Translations under genes and position numbers: made by a program
Notes under the pieces: generated by a model
What the model saw: only the letters and a program-made list of their open reading frames with translations
Databases searched by the model: none
What the model was told of the DNA's origin: nothing
Part shown: piece by piece, positions 17,626 to 25,608 of the stretch
How the letters are laid out: every line of letters starts with the position of its first letter
How positions within the stretch are numbered: the first letter of the stretch is position 1
DNA from: a virus
Length of the DNA stretch: 64,000 nucleotides
IMG/VR virus record: IMGVR_UViG_3300037317_000025
Location: 1-64,000 of that record
Direction: 5' to 3' (one strand)

Positions 17626-18405
17626 TCAGGTGTCGCTCGTATGTTCTTTACCCGAATCGGCGCAATCGTTCAGGTACGCCAGCGCCAGCCGTGCCATCTG
17701 CGCAACAGCGGTGGCCGGGGCGACAATCTCGCAATCCTTACGCACCCGCGCCAGGGCTTCCCGGAACAGGTCAAAATCTTGCCGATGCGCGACATACACG
17801 GTGTCTGCCTCTGCGTCGGGCAATGCCGCCAGCGCGTCGTCAACGGTCTGGGCTTGTGTTTCCAGGAACACGAACAGCAGCGCCCGTGTCTGGAATTCGA
17901 CATCGGGCGGCTTCACGCTGACAGGCTTGAGCTTCTGGTCAAGTTCGCGGGGATCAATGAACGACTCGAAGCGTGCCGAGATGTCGTCAATCTCTTGCCA
18001 GATGCGCTTGACCAGTGCCGGGTCGCTCTGGCCGACAATGCTGTTATGTGCCAGTTGCTTGGACTTTACCCGCGCTCGTGGCAGGCCGTGATAACAGAGA
18101 CACAGGATCGCCTGCATACCCGCAGCGCGAGCGGCGCGGACGCGGTGGTGGCCGCTGATGATCTCGTAGCGCTCATCGTTCCCCCGCGCAACCAGTGGTA
18201 CGCTCTCTGGCGCGCCCGCCTCTTTGATGTTGTCTGCCAACTGGTCAAACATCTTTTGCGGCATGCTTTGCGCGTTCACGTCCTGCTCGCGCAGCAGGTC
18301 GAGCGACACCCAGGCCAGCGACAGGCTCTCCGGCAGGATGTCCCGACTGATCGCCGCCAGTCGCTCGTTTATGCCCTGGTCTGCGGTGCCCATTTCTTGA
18401 GCCAT
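17626..18405 (-). CDS. ParB/sulfiredoxin N-terminal-domain protein
   Basis: NAQSM..FDQLADNI, YEIISGHHRVRAA, QLAHNSIVG. Confidence 0.7.
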   Translation of the reverse strand: MAQEMGTADQGINERLAAISRDILPESLSLAWVSLDLLREQDVNAQSMPQKMFDQLADNIKEAGAPESVPLVARGNDERYEIISGHHRVRAARAAGMQAILCLCYHGLPRARVKSKQLAHNSIVGQSDPALVKRIWQEIDDISARFESFIDPRELDQKLKPVSVKPPDVEFQTRALLFVFLETQAQTVDDALAALPDAEADTVYVAHRQDFDLFREALARVRKDCEIVAPATAVAQMARLALAYLNDCADSGKEHTSDT

Positions 18406-19796
18406 ATGCCGATTGTCTCCTCTCGTGTACGGGCGACAATTGCCGCGCTATACGATAACTTGTAGCCACCTGTCTTCTGCGGTTCACGTCGGTCTAGCTT
18501 CAGAATGCCGCGTGCGGTCTTGTTCTCCGGGTGCTCAGTGAGCATCGTGGTTTGCACGTTTTCGGGCGCACCGCAGGCGACATACCACTGCTCATGGCCG
18601 AATGCATCCTGCCAGAACCAGGCCGATACCACCGATAGCAGGGTCAACTTGTGCAGGCGGGCATAGGCTGGGTGCGGCACGCTGAAGGCAAAGGTCATAT
18701 TCGCAGCATCCTTGTTGGCATGCTGGTGTGTTCCGCCGCCAGTTATCAAAGTTTTCAGATGGGTGCCGACAATCGCCAGCAGCGCGCCGTCCAGGAACAG
18801 CCCGACATAGCGCTCGGTGCCGCTACTGTCGATTTTGTGAATGAACAGATCGCGGTAATAGTCGCCGGTTTCCTTCTTGATCTGCTGCGCAACCAGCAGG
18901 CTGTCCGGCTGCACGGTGCCGTCAAACAGCGGGTACACGCCTTTCCCGGACACCATCCGGGCGCGGTTAATCGTGGCGGGCAACGGGGCGCGATTGGCGA
19001 TAATCCAGTTGACCGCAGCCCGACGCAGGCTGCCGGGGCGATCTGCGAACACAGCCCGCCACGGGTCGCCCCAGAGCGGCGTGGGGTCTTCGCCGGGGGT
19101 GGCATAGTACATCAGCGTGTGCGCGGGGCTCCTGCCGAGCAGTTCCATCAGGCGTTCGTAGTCCGACTCGTCAAACTGCGCCGCGTCCGGTTCGTCCCAG
19201 GTGAATATCTGGTCAATGCCTTTGAACATGCGCTGATAACCCTTGCTGTAGCGCGGCGGGTTTGCCAGGATCAGCGTGTCCGGATCGTGGCGGTGGGTTT
19301 CGAGGGTGTCCCACATATCGCGGGGGTGGTAGGTAAGACCGCCGAGGGTCTGGGCAACCGCCTGCACGCGCTCGTGCAGTTGGTTCAGATAGCGATCGGC
19401 GTTGCAGAGCAGTTCGGTGCGATGATCGGCTTTGTGCTGCTTGTCGCCGTCGTACTGACACACGCGGATCGCATACAACACGGCAACCGCTTTGCGCATG
19501 GGGGTGTCAAGCCAGGCCGCGACCGCGTGGCCGATGTCGCCCGCGTGCTCGGTCAGGGCAAGCCGCCAGTCGGTGCCCTGGATCGCGTTGCCGAGGGCAG
19601 TGCTGTAGATTGAGATGTCGCCGCAGACAATGGCCGAGGGCGGGATGCCCGCCTGCACGGCAACGTGTGCCAGGGAAAAGCTGCCCGTGCAAGGGATGAC
19701 CACCAGGCGCGGCGCGGTGGCCTGGATAACGTCTGCGGTGTAGGCGCGAGTCGGGCCGCGTGGGATGCCTTTGAATAAAATATCGGGTGCCGCCAT
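18369..19796 (-). CDS. putative DNA adenine methyltransferase-like modification protein
   Basis: IPCTGSF (motif I-like), CGDIS and ILANPPRY (motif IV-like); coupled to the ParB-N gene. Confidence 0.5.
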   Translation of the reverse strand: MAAPDILFKGIPRGPTRAYTADVIQATAPRLVVIPCTGSFSLAHVAVQAGIPPSAIVCGDISIYSTALGNAIQGTDWRLALTEHAGDIGHAVAAWLDTPMRKAVAVLYAIRVCQYDGDKQHKADHRTELLCNADRYLNQLHERVQAVAQTLGGLTYHPRDMWDTLETHRHDPDTLILANPPRYSKGYQRMFKGIDQIFTWDEPDAAQFDESDYERLMELLGRSPAHTLMYYATPGEDPTPLWGDPWRAVFADRPGSLRRAAVNWIIANRAPLPATINRARMVSGKGVYPLFDGTVQPDSLLVAQQIKKETGDYYRDLFIHKIDSSGTERYVGLFLDGALLAIVGTHLKTLITGGGTHQHANKDAANMTFAFSVPHPAYARLHKLTLLSVVSAWFWQDAFGHEQWYVACGAPENVQTTMLTEHPENKTARGILKLDRREPQKTGGYKLSYSAAIVARTREETIGIWLKKWAPQTRA

Positions 19797-19841
19797 AAGG
19801 TTGTGTGGACCAGCCCGCCGGAGTTGCACCGGCTCTCTCAA

Positions 19842-20498
19842 CTAGCGTTGAGCGTCCTCCTCTAGACCAGGGCTGGATAGTGTGTCCTCGTCCTCGCTCA
19901 AGATTGGCGCAATCGCTTGCGCGTAGTCGAACGGCCTGATTTCTAGCGGTTGCCCGCCGGGGCCGCTGATCTCGTTTCGACTCGGCGCGTCCAGACCCAG
20001 CAACCGGGCGCGGCGCTCCATTGCCTTGATTGCCAGTTCCAGGTAGCGCACGTCGCCGTGCCCCCCGTGGGCAGTCTGCCGCATACGCTGCACGGCCATC
20101 TCGCCCGTGTCGCCGTCGCCTGTCAGGATGCGCTCGTAGTCGGTGCGCCCGTCCTTGCTCGCCTCCCATGCTCGCCACGCTTCGCCCGCCATCTGTTCAA
20201 GCTCCAGTAGTGTTGCGTCGTGCAGTTCGCCAATCGCCTCCTCGCGCTGCTTGCGCCACTCTTTCTTGAGTTCTGTCCAGTAATAATGGACAAGGTTGCG
20301 ATTGATCGGCTCATCGTCGGGGGTGAGGATGTTGTCCCTGAGGAATGCGTCCGTGAGCTGCGAGGCGATCTCTTCCTCGGTGTAGCGTTGCGCTTTGTAG
20401 CGCGCAACATCGCGGCGCAAACGTTCGCGCAGCGCTTTTGGAAATCGGGCTGCGAATTTTGGCACTCTGCCGGACATGTGAGCTTTCTTGCGTTCCAT
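19842..20498 (-). CDS. putative terminase small subunit
   Basis: HTH-like N-terminus; MERRARLLGLDAP..EISGPGGQP C-terminal motif; preceded by the late promoter motif. Confidence 0.55.
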   Translation of the reverse strand: MERKKAHMSGRVPKFAARFPKALRERLRRDVARYKAQRYTEEEIASQLTDAFLRDNILTPDDEPINRNLVHYYWTELKKEWRKQREEAIGELHDATLLELEQMAGEAWRAWEASKDGRTDYERILTGDGDTGEMAVQRMRQTAHGGHGDVRYLELAIKAMERRARLLGLDAPSRNEISGPGGQPLEIRPFDYAQAIAPILSEDEDTLSSPGLEEDAQR

Positions 20499-20510
20499 CG
20501 CTGCGATTAC

Positions 20511-20535
20511 GCCAATATCTACGGGTATTATAGCA
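20511..20535 (-). promoter_or_regulatory. putative late promoter motif, copy 3
   Basis: TGCTATAATACCCGTAGATATTGGC. Confidence 0.65.
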
Positions 20536-20540
20536 TAATG

Positions 20541-20566
20541 AAAAAAAAGACTGCCCGAAAGCAGCC
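20541..20566 (-). terminator. intrinsic terminator ending the CRISPR transcript
   Basis: GGCTGC-TTTCGG-GCAGTC-TTTTTTTT on the minus strand, right after the truncated trailer repeat. Confidence 0.75.
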
Positions 20567-20591
20567 ATTTGTCCTCAACTCAACTCACCTT

Positions 20592-21125
20592 ACCGCGCAT
20601 TGACCATTGCAACGCCAGTGCAGCCCAGGACATCGGCGCTCATCATCCTCTTGCACCCTGCTCAACCGCGCGTTGACCATTGCAACTTAGTCCTGGCGGC
20701 GGGTGGTACAGTTGTACCATTGCCCTTGCACCCTGCTCAACCGCGCATTGACCATTGCAACGTCGGGCTGTGACCTCATAGCGTTGCGTGTACTTGTTCT
20801 TGCACCCTGCTCAACCGCGCATTGACCATTGCAACAACAATGAAGGCGCTGCTGCAGGAGCACGACGAGCTTGCACCCTGCTCAACCGCGCATTGACCGT
20901 TGCAACGTGATGAGTTCCAGTCCTGGCTGATCCTCATTATACTTGCACCCTGCTCAACCGCGCATTGACCATTGCAACTGCTGCTGCTGATATACACAGG
21001 CTTGCCCAGGAAGCTCTTGCACCCTACTCAACCGCGTGTTGACCATTGCAACATATGTTTGACGATTGCAACGATGCTCACAACTCTCCTTGCACCCTGC
21101 TCAACCGCGCATTGACCATTGCAAC
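20592..21125 (-). CRISPR. CRISPR array: 7 full 37-bp repeats + 1 truncated trailer repeat, 7 spacers (34-38 bp)
   Basis: Repeat GTTGCAATGGTCAATGCGCGGTTGAGCAGGGTGCAAG (minus strand) at 21089-21125, 21016-21052, 20942-20978, 20870-20906, 20799-20835, 20725-20761, 20650-20686; 22-bp remnant at 20592-20613; spacers are unique. Confidence 0.97.
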
Positions 21126-22591
21126 TCGTCAAACATATGTAGTTGATACAGAGTCGAGTGTTCAGATGTGTTCTGCACATCAGTCGGGGATGGCACCCCG
21201 CGCTCACTCGTTGAGGCGTGCGCCTCTTCGCAGTTCACAGGCGTACTAGCAGACCGTTCCGCCTCCCTGCGCACGTCACTTGGGGCATTGCCCCGCGCAA
21301 CCTGCCCGTTGCACACGGGTGTCTCTGGATAGTGTTTCGCGTTCGCTCGGTTGCCAATATTCCGAGCGGCGTTGATGTCTCTATCGTGTTCAGTTCCGCA
21401 CTCACCGCACTTCCAGGCGCGGGTGCGAAGCTCAATCTTGCGCGGCGATTTCACCCCGCAGGCGCTACAGGCTTGCGTGGTGTTGGCTGCGTCCACTTCG
21501 TAGTATGCGCGACCTGCCGCTTCGGCCTTCTCTTTGATCTTCTGGCGCAACTTGCCAGGGGCGGCGCTTTGCATCGACTTGTTGAGCGAGCGCTTCAGCT
21601 TGCGCCCCCGGTGCTTGTAGCGCTTGCCATTCTTGCGCTTGGCTTTGGTCATGTGCGCAAAGTTGATGTCCTCGACGCCAATGGTGTCAGCCGTGTCCAC
21701 AATGCGCTTTGCAATGTAGTGCTGCTGGTGATCGCGCTTGCGCGTGGTCTTCTGATGGAGCTTTGCAATACGCGCCCGCCGCCGCTTCGTGCGGTTGCTG
21801 TTCGGATCGGCCTTCTTGCCCGCGCCCCTGGTTTTGCGCTTCGGTGCGACCAGGCGCTCCAGGACACGCTTGCGTTTCTCTAGCTTACGGATGCTATCAT
21901 CCTGGCTATAGGTGCGCCCATCCGACAGCGCGGCGACATCCTGCGTGTCGCCACGGTGCTTGCAGTTCAGGTCAACGCCTACCGTCTTGCCTGTCTCTGG
22001 CAACGGTTCCGGCTCTGGCACCTCGCAGCTAAACGAGATATACCAGTCGTTTTTCACGCGAGTGATATGCACCTGCTTGATAACCGCGTCGTCTGGTATG
22101 GCACGGTGCATGCGCACGCGCAAGTGTCCAAGTTTGCCCGCGCCCGCCAGTTGCCAGTAGGCATAGCGGCGGCTCTCTCCGACAATTCGCGTCCCTCGCT
22201 CGGAGCCGCGAAACGCCAGACCCAAATCAGCAGGCCGCTCCGCCCAGCGCGGATTGCCTGCCGGAAACCGCTTCGCCTTGATGTTGCGAAACATATTTTT
22301 ATAGGCAGTATCAACGCGCCCACTGATGCCAAAGTTGCCGCCCATCGTGTCAGCAGGCACATCGCGCCAGTGGACTATGGTTGCCCGCATGCGCGTGATG
22401 AACTTCCCCTGCGTGCCAGATGTGACCGTCGGCACATACCGCGCCTGCTGTTGCTTCAGCCGGTACGCATCGCGACGCTGCTGGATAAGCACGCGCTGCA
22501 CTTCCCAACACGCCTGCTGCCACGCCTCAAGCGTGCGCTGCTGGTCTGCGTTCGGATAGAGCCGGTATTTGTATGAGCGTGCTATAGTCAT
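21101..22591 (-). CDS. tnpB: CRISPR-associated TnpB-like/compact type V (Cas12-like) RNA-guided nuclease, ~496 aa
   Basis: RSYKYRLYPNADQ N-terminus; RuvC-I VGVDLN, RuvC-II IGVEDIN, Zn ribbon CSAC...CGEC, RuvC-III HDRDINAARNI; stop codon lies inside CRISPR repeat 1. Confidence 0.88.
   Translation of the reverse strand: MTIARSYKYRLYPNADQQRTLEAWQQACWEVQRVLIQQRRDAYRLKQQQARYVPTVTSGTQGKFITRMRATIVHWRDVPADTMGGNFGISGRVDTAYKNMFRNIKAKRFPAGNPRWAERPADLGLAFRGSERGTRIVGESRRYAYWQLAGAGKLGHLRVRMHRAIPDDAVIKQVHITRVKNDWYISFSCEVPEPEPLPETGKTVGVDLNCKHRGDTQDVAALSDGRTYSQDDSIRKLEKRKRVLERLVAPKRKTRGAGKKADPNSNRTKRRRARIAKLHQKTTRKRDHQQHYIAKRIVDTADTIGVEDINFAHMTKAKRKNGKRYKHRGRKLKRSLNKSMQSAAPGKLRQKIKEKAEAAGRAYYEVDAANTTQACSACGVKSPRKIELRTRAWKCGECGTEHDRDINAARNIGNRANAKHYPETPVCNGQVARGNAPSDVRREAERSASTPVNCEEAHASTSERGVPSPTDVQNTSEHSTLYQLHMFDELQWSMRG
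21126..21340 (-). ncRNA. putative omega/tracr-like scaffold RNA overlapping the effector's 3' coding tail
   Basis: Several hairpins; partial anti-repeat GCACGCCTCAAC (21221-21210); repeat-3'-like TGAGCGCGGGGTGCCA (21206-21191); boundaries uncertain. Confidence 0.5.
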
Positions 22592-22597
22592 ATAATG

Positions 22598-22636
22598 ATT
22601 ATAGCACATTGCACACATAGTTGCAAGTGCTATAAT
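22598..22636. promoter_or_regulatory. overlapping divergent sigma70 promoters forming an imperfect palindrome
   Basis: Minus: TTGCAA-17-TATAAT, 6 nt before ATG 22591; plus: TTGCAC-16-TATAAT; ATTATAGCAC...GTGCTATAAT inverted arms. Confidence 0.75.
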
Positions 22637-22672
22637 AGGGATAGCACAAACAAGATACAAGGTGAGGTTGAC

Positions 22673-22900
22673 ATGGTAAGATGGGCACTCAAGGAGATCG
22701 CAGAGCCGGAGCGCTGGTCGGCGCGGCGGTTGGCAAAAGAGTCGGGGTTGTCGTATAGTGCAGTGTATTACATCTGGGCGAATAAAACGCGCCGGGTGGA
22801 TTTCGATACGCTTGAGAAGCTCTGCCGAATACTCAAGGTCGGGCCGGGTGATTTGATTGTCTGCGACGAACCACAAAACACCACAACTCCGCATCCCTAG
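22673..22900 (+). CDS. Cro/C1-type HTH transcriptional regulator
   Basis: SARRLAKESGLSYSAVYYIWANKTRRVDFDTLEKLCRIL..GDLI; GAGGT RBS. Confidence 0.85.
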   Translation: MVRWALKEIAEPERWSARRLAKESGLSYSAVYYIWANKTRRVDFDTLEKLCRILKVGPGDLIVCDEPQNTTTPHP

Positions 22901-24113
22901 ACTGCGCCCGGATCAATCGGCCATCGCCCGCCACCCGGCGAAGCGACAAATCGTGGCGATGGGGCGGCGCTGGGGCAAGACCGTGCTGGGCGGGGCGCTG
23001 GCGCTGGCGTGCGCGGCGAACGGCGCAAAGGTTGCATGGGTTGCGCCGACCTACAAGAACAGCAGGCCGTTGTGGCGATATTGCGAACAATCAGTCGCCC
23101 ACCTGAAACGCACACCCTATGTCGAGGTCAACAAGTCCGAGCGAACCGTCACCTTCCCGCAGACCAATGGCAGCATCGCTATCTACAGTGCAGACAATGC
23201 CGATTCGGCTCGCGGCGAGTCGTTCGATCTGGTCGTCATCGACGAAGCCAGCAGGATTAGCGAGGATGCCTACCAGGCCGTCTTTGAGCCAACCGTGGCC
23301 GACCGCGACGGGATAATCCTGCTCATCAGCACACCGCTTGGCCGCAATTATTTTTGGAAACTCTGGCAACAAGGCCAACTCGCGGAGAACCACCACCGTA
23401 TCAAATCCTGGCAGGCTCCGAGCAACGCTAACCCGATGCCAGGTATTCAGCGGGCATTCCATCTGGCGAAGGAACACACGCCGGAACGCACGTTCTTGCA
23501 GGAATGGATGGCGCAATTTCTGGACGAGGCCGGGGTGTTTCGCTTTGTCTACGACCGCGCCATCGCCGCGCCGCTTGCCCAGGGCGAGGAGGGGCGCACG
23601 TATGTCTACGGCTGCGACTGGGCGGGCAACAGCGGACAGGGCGACTTCACCGCCTTTGCCGTGATGGACGCGGAACGCAAGACACTGGTGCATCTCGACA
23701 GGTTCCACGGCACGAGCTACGAACAGCAGATGAACCGCCTGCTGGGGCTGGCGCAGCGCTTCCCGCCGACGGCGATTGTGGCCGAGGTGAACTCGATGGG
23801 CGGGCCGGTGTTCGAGCAACTGGTCAACGCAGAACTGCCGATGGTGCCGTGGGTCGCCAGCAACGCCACCAAGAAGGTCGGTGTTGAGGCGCTGCAACTG
23901 GCACTGGAGCAGGGCACGATCACGCTGCTGAATGAGCCGACGCTTGTCCACGAGATGACCGCGTATGAAGCCAGCAGCACGGCGAGCGGACTGGTGCGCT
24001 ATTCTGCGCCGGAGGGCGATCACGATGACTGCGTGATGGCGGTGATGATGGCGTGGCTGGGCTGCCTGAACAGTGGGCCGATGCTGCTGAGTGAGGGCGC
24101 GGGGCGGTATTAG
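22857..24113 (+). CDS. terL: terminase large subunit
   Basis: Walker A GRRWGKT, Walker B LVVIDEA, ISTP, nuclease YGCDW...GDHDDCVMA; TTG start uncertain. Confidence 0.9.
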   Translation: MSATNHKTPQLRIPRLRPDQSAIARHPAKRQIVAMGRRWGKTVLGGALALACAANGAKVAWVAPTYKNSRPLWRYCEQSVAHLKRTPYVEVNKSERTVTFPQTNGSIAIYSADNADSARGESFDLVVIDEASRISEDAYQAVFEPTVADRDGIILLISTPLGRNYFWKLWQQGQLAENHHRIKSWQAPSNANPMPGIQRAFHLAKEHTPERTFLQEWMAQFLDEAGVFRFVYDRAIAAPLAQGEEGRTYVYGCDWAGNSGQGDFTAFAVMDAERKTLVHLDRFHGTSYEQQMNRLLGLAQRFPPTAIVAEVNSMGGPVFEQLVNAELPMVPWVASNATKKVGVEALQLALEQGTITLLNEPTLVHEMTAYEASSTASGLVRYSAPEGDHDDCVMAVMMAWLGCLNSGPMLLSEGAGRY

Positions 24114-24206
24114 ATAGCTATAATTCGGAGTTATGGCTACCTATCCGTGGGCAGCATAAAGCCCCGGCACGAAGCCGGGGCCGTCCAGCCAGCGAGAGGC
24201 GCAGCG

Positions 24207-24521
24207 CTACAACACCTCCACCGCCTGCATCAACTCGCTGCGTATGCGCTCCTTCTGGAGCACCAGCGCGGCGACGATCAGCACGCAATCTGGAATTGGC
24301 TCGCCGTCGCTTTCCAGCAAGATCGGCTCATCACTGCCAGCCAGAAACGGCATGCCATCCGAGTGAGACAGCAGCAGCGCGGAGGCGGGCACGCGGGCCG
24401 TCCACGGATTGTGCGGAATGCTATGGGCAACGCGCCATGTCAGGTGGATGGTGCCGCAATAGTCGCCGTCGCAGTGGATGTCTACGTTGTACAGCCCGGC
24501 GCGGGCGTGGTAGCTGTGCAT
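24207..24521 (-). CDS. hypothetical protein
   Basis: ORF immediately after the endolysin, with GGAGG RBS. Confidence 0.45.
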   Translation of the reverse strand: MHSYHARAGLYNVDIHCDGDYCGTIHLTWRVAHSIPHNPWTARVPASALLLSHSDGMPFLAGSDEPILLESDGEPIPDCVLIVAALVLQKERIRSELMQAVEVL

Positions 24522-24522
24522 A

Positions 24523-25428
24523 TCAGTCCCTCCCCGCCAAACTCTCATGGACAAACCCCCACTGGTCGCGCTCGCCGCCAAGCCAGAGCCAGCGCCCCCT
24601 GCCGCCGGTGGCATCGGCAACCACGCCGCGCACCTGGAATGCCTCTCCCGGCTCCAGCCACCAGCGATGGATGCTATTCGGGTCGTCGCCCAGGTGGGCA
24701 GCAAAGGCCGACTGCGTGGTCGGCCCCGTGCGGATGACCGCCTTGTCCCACGGGAACGGCCCATTGCCGATATGGTCGATCACGCGGTAGGACTTCGTGC
24801 AATCCGGCTCCGGCGTGGTGCCTGCGAAGTGCCGCTGCCAATAGTCGCGGAAGATCGGCACGAAATACTCCGGCGTAATTTGTCGCCCTGGACACGTCTT
24901 TTCGTTCGTGTAGTCCCGGTGCATCGAGATACCACCACCCCACTTCGTGTACTCAAGCTCAAACGTGCCGAGGCGCTGCTTCAGCACACACACGGCGTGC
25001 GCCACGTTGCGGGCCACCGCGTCCGGCCAGGGCACCTTGTCGTAATAGCCGATGACCTCAATGCCGATGGAATAACCCCACTTGCCACCCTGCTGATAAC
25101 TGTTGCCGTGCCCTGCGTGGATGCCCTCGTAATACATCGGGGTCATCACCCAGATGTAGGTTTCGTCGATGAACAGGTGCGGGCCGCGATCCCAATGGAG
25201 ATGGTCGCGGTAGTAGCACATAATCCCATCGAGTCGGTCTTTGCGCTGCTCATAGGTGCCCTGCCAGTCGTTCAACGGGTTGCGGTCGATGGGCGCGTCG
25301 GCGGTGTCGGGCACCGCCGTGTGGTGCAAGACAACGAAATCAGGCGGCACCGGGCCGAAGTCGTAGTCGGTCACGTAATCGGCAAAGGCGCTGGACAGAA
25401 AGCCAGTGCCTTCGTACAAGAAAGGCAT
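24523..25428 (-). CDS. endolysin, N-acetylmuramoyl-L-alanine amidase (Amidase_2) with C-terminal SH3-like domain
   Basis: VVLHHT, GPHLFI, IHAG..N..SIGIE, MHRD..KTCPG. Confidence 0.85.
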   Translation of the reverse strand: MPFLYEGTGFLSSAFADYVTDYDFGPVPPDFVVLHHTAVPDTADAPIDRNPLNDWQGTYEQRKDRLDGIMCYYRDHLHWDRGPHLFIDETYIWVMTPMYYEGIHAGHGNSYQQGGKWGYSIGIEVIGYYDKVPWPDAVARNVAHAVCVLKQRLGTFELEYTKWGGGISMHRDYTNEKTCPGRQITPEYFVPIFRDYWQRHFAGTTPEPDCTKSYRVIDHIGNGPFPWDKAVIRTGPTTQSAFAAHLGDDPNSIHRWWLEPGEAFQVRGVVADATGGRGRWLWLGGERDQWGFVHESLAGRD

Positions 25429-25608
25429 TAGCGCACTCCATTTCTCGGATCAACAAAGGCTGTCGTGTGGTCTTGCTCTTCAGTACGCTCCACTTGCTCG
25501 TCGGTGAGCTTGCGCAACATAACCGTCAACGTCTCACGCACAGCAGACACATTGCCTGCATCAAGCTCGCGGATACTACTGAGGACCAGACCGCGAAACT
25601 CCTGAATA

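Noticed and set aside
20776-21249. Short ORFs 20776..20997 and 21046..21249
   Set aside because: These are translations of CRISPR repeats/spacers or the antisense of the effector tail.
21101-22591. Interpretation as an ordinary IS605/IS607 insertion sequence
   Set aside because: No tnpA or serine recombinase and no clear IS end was seen, and the ORF abuts a co-oriented array with a dedicated regulator. Not fully excluded without a phylogeny.
22592-22894. 101-aa N-terminal extension of the nuclease in the ORF track (597 aa)
   Set aside because: It is antisense to the HTH gene and spans the promoter. TnpB-like sequence begins at MTIARSYKYRLYP (ATG 22591).
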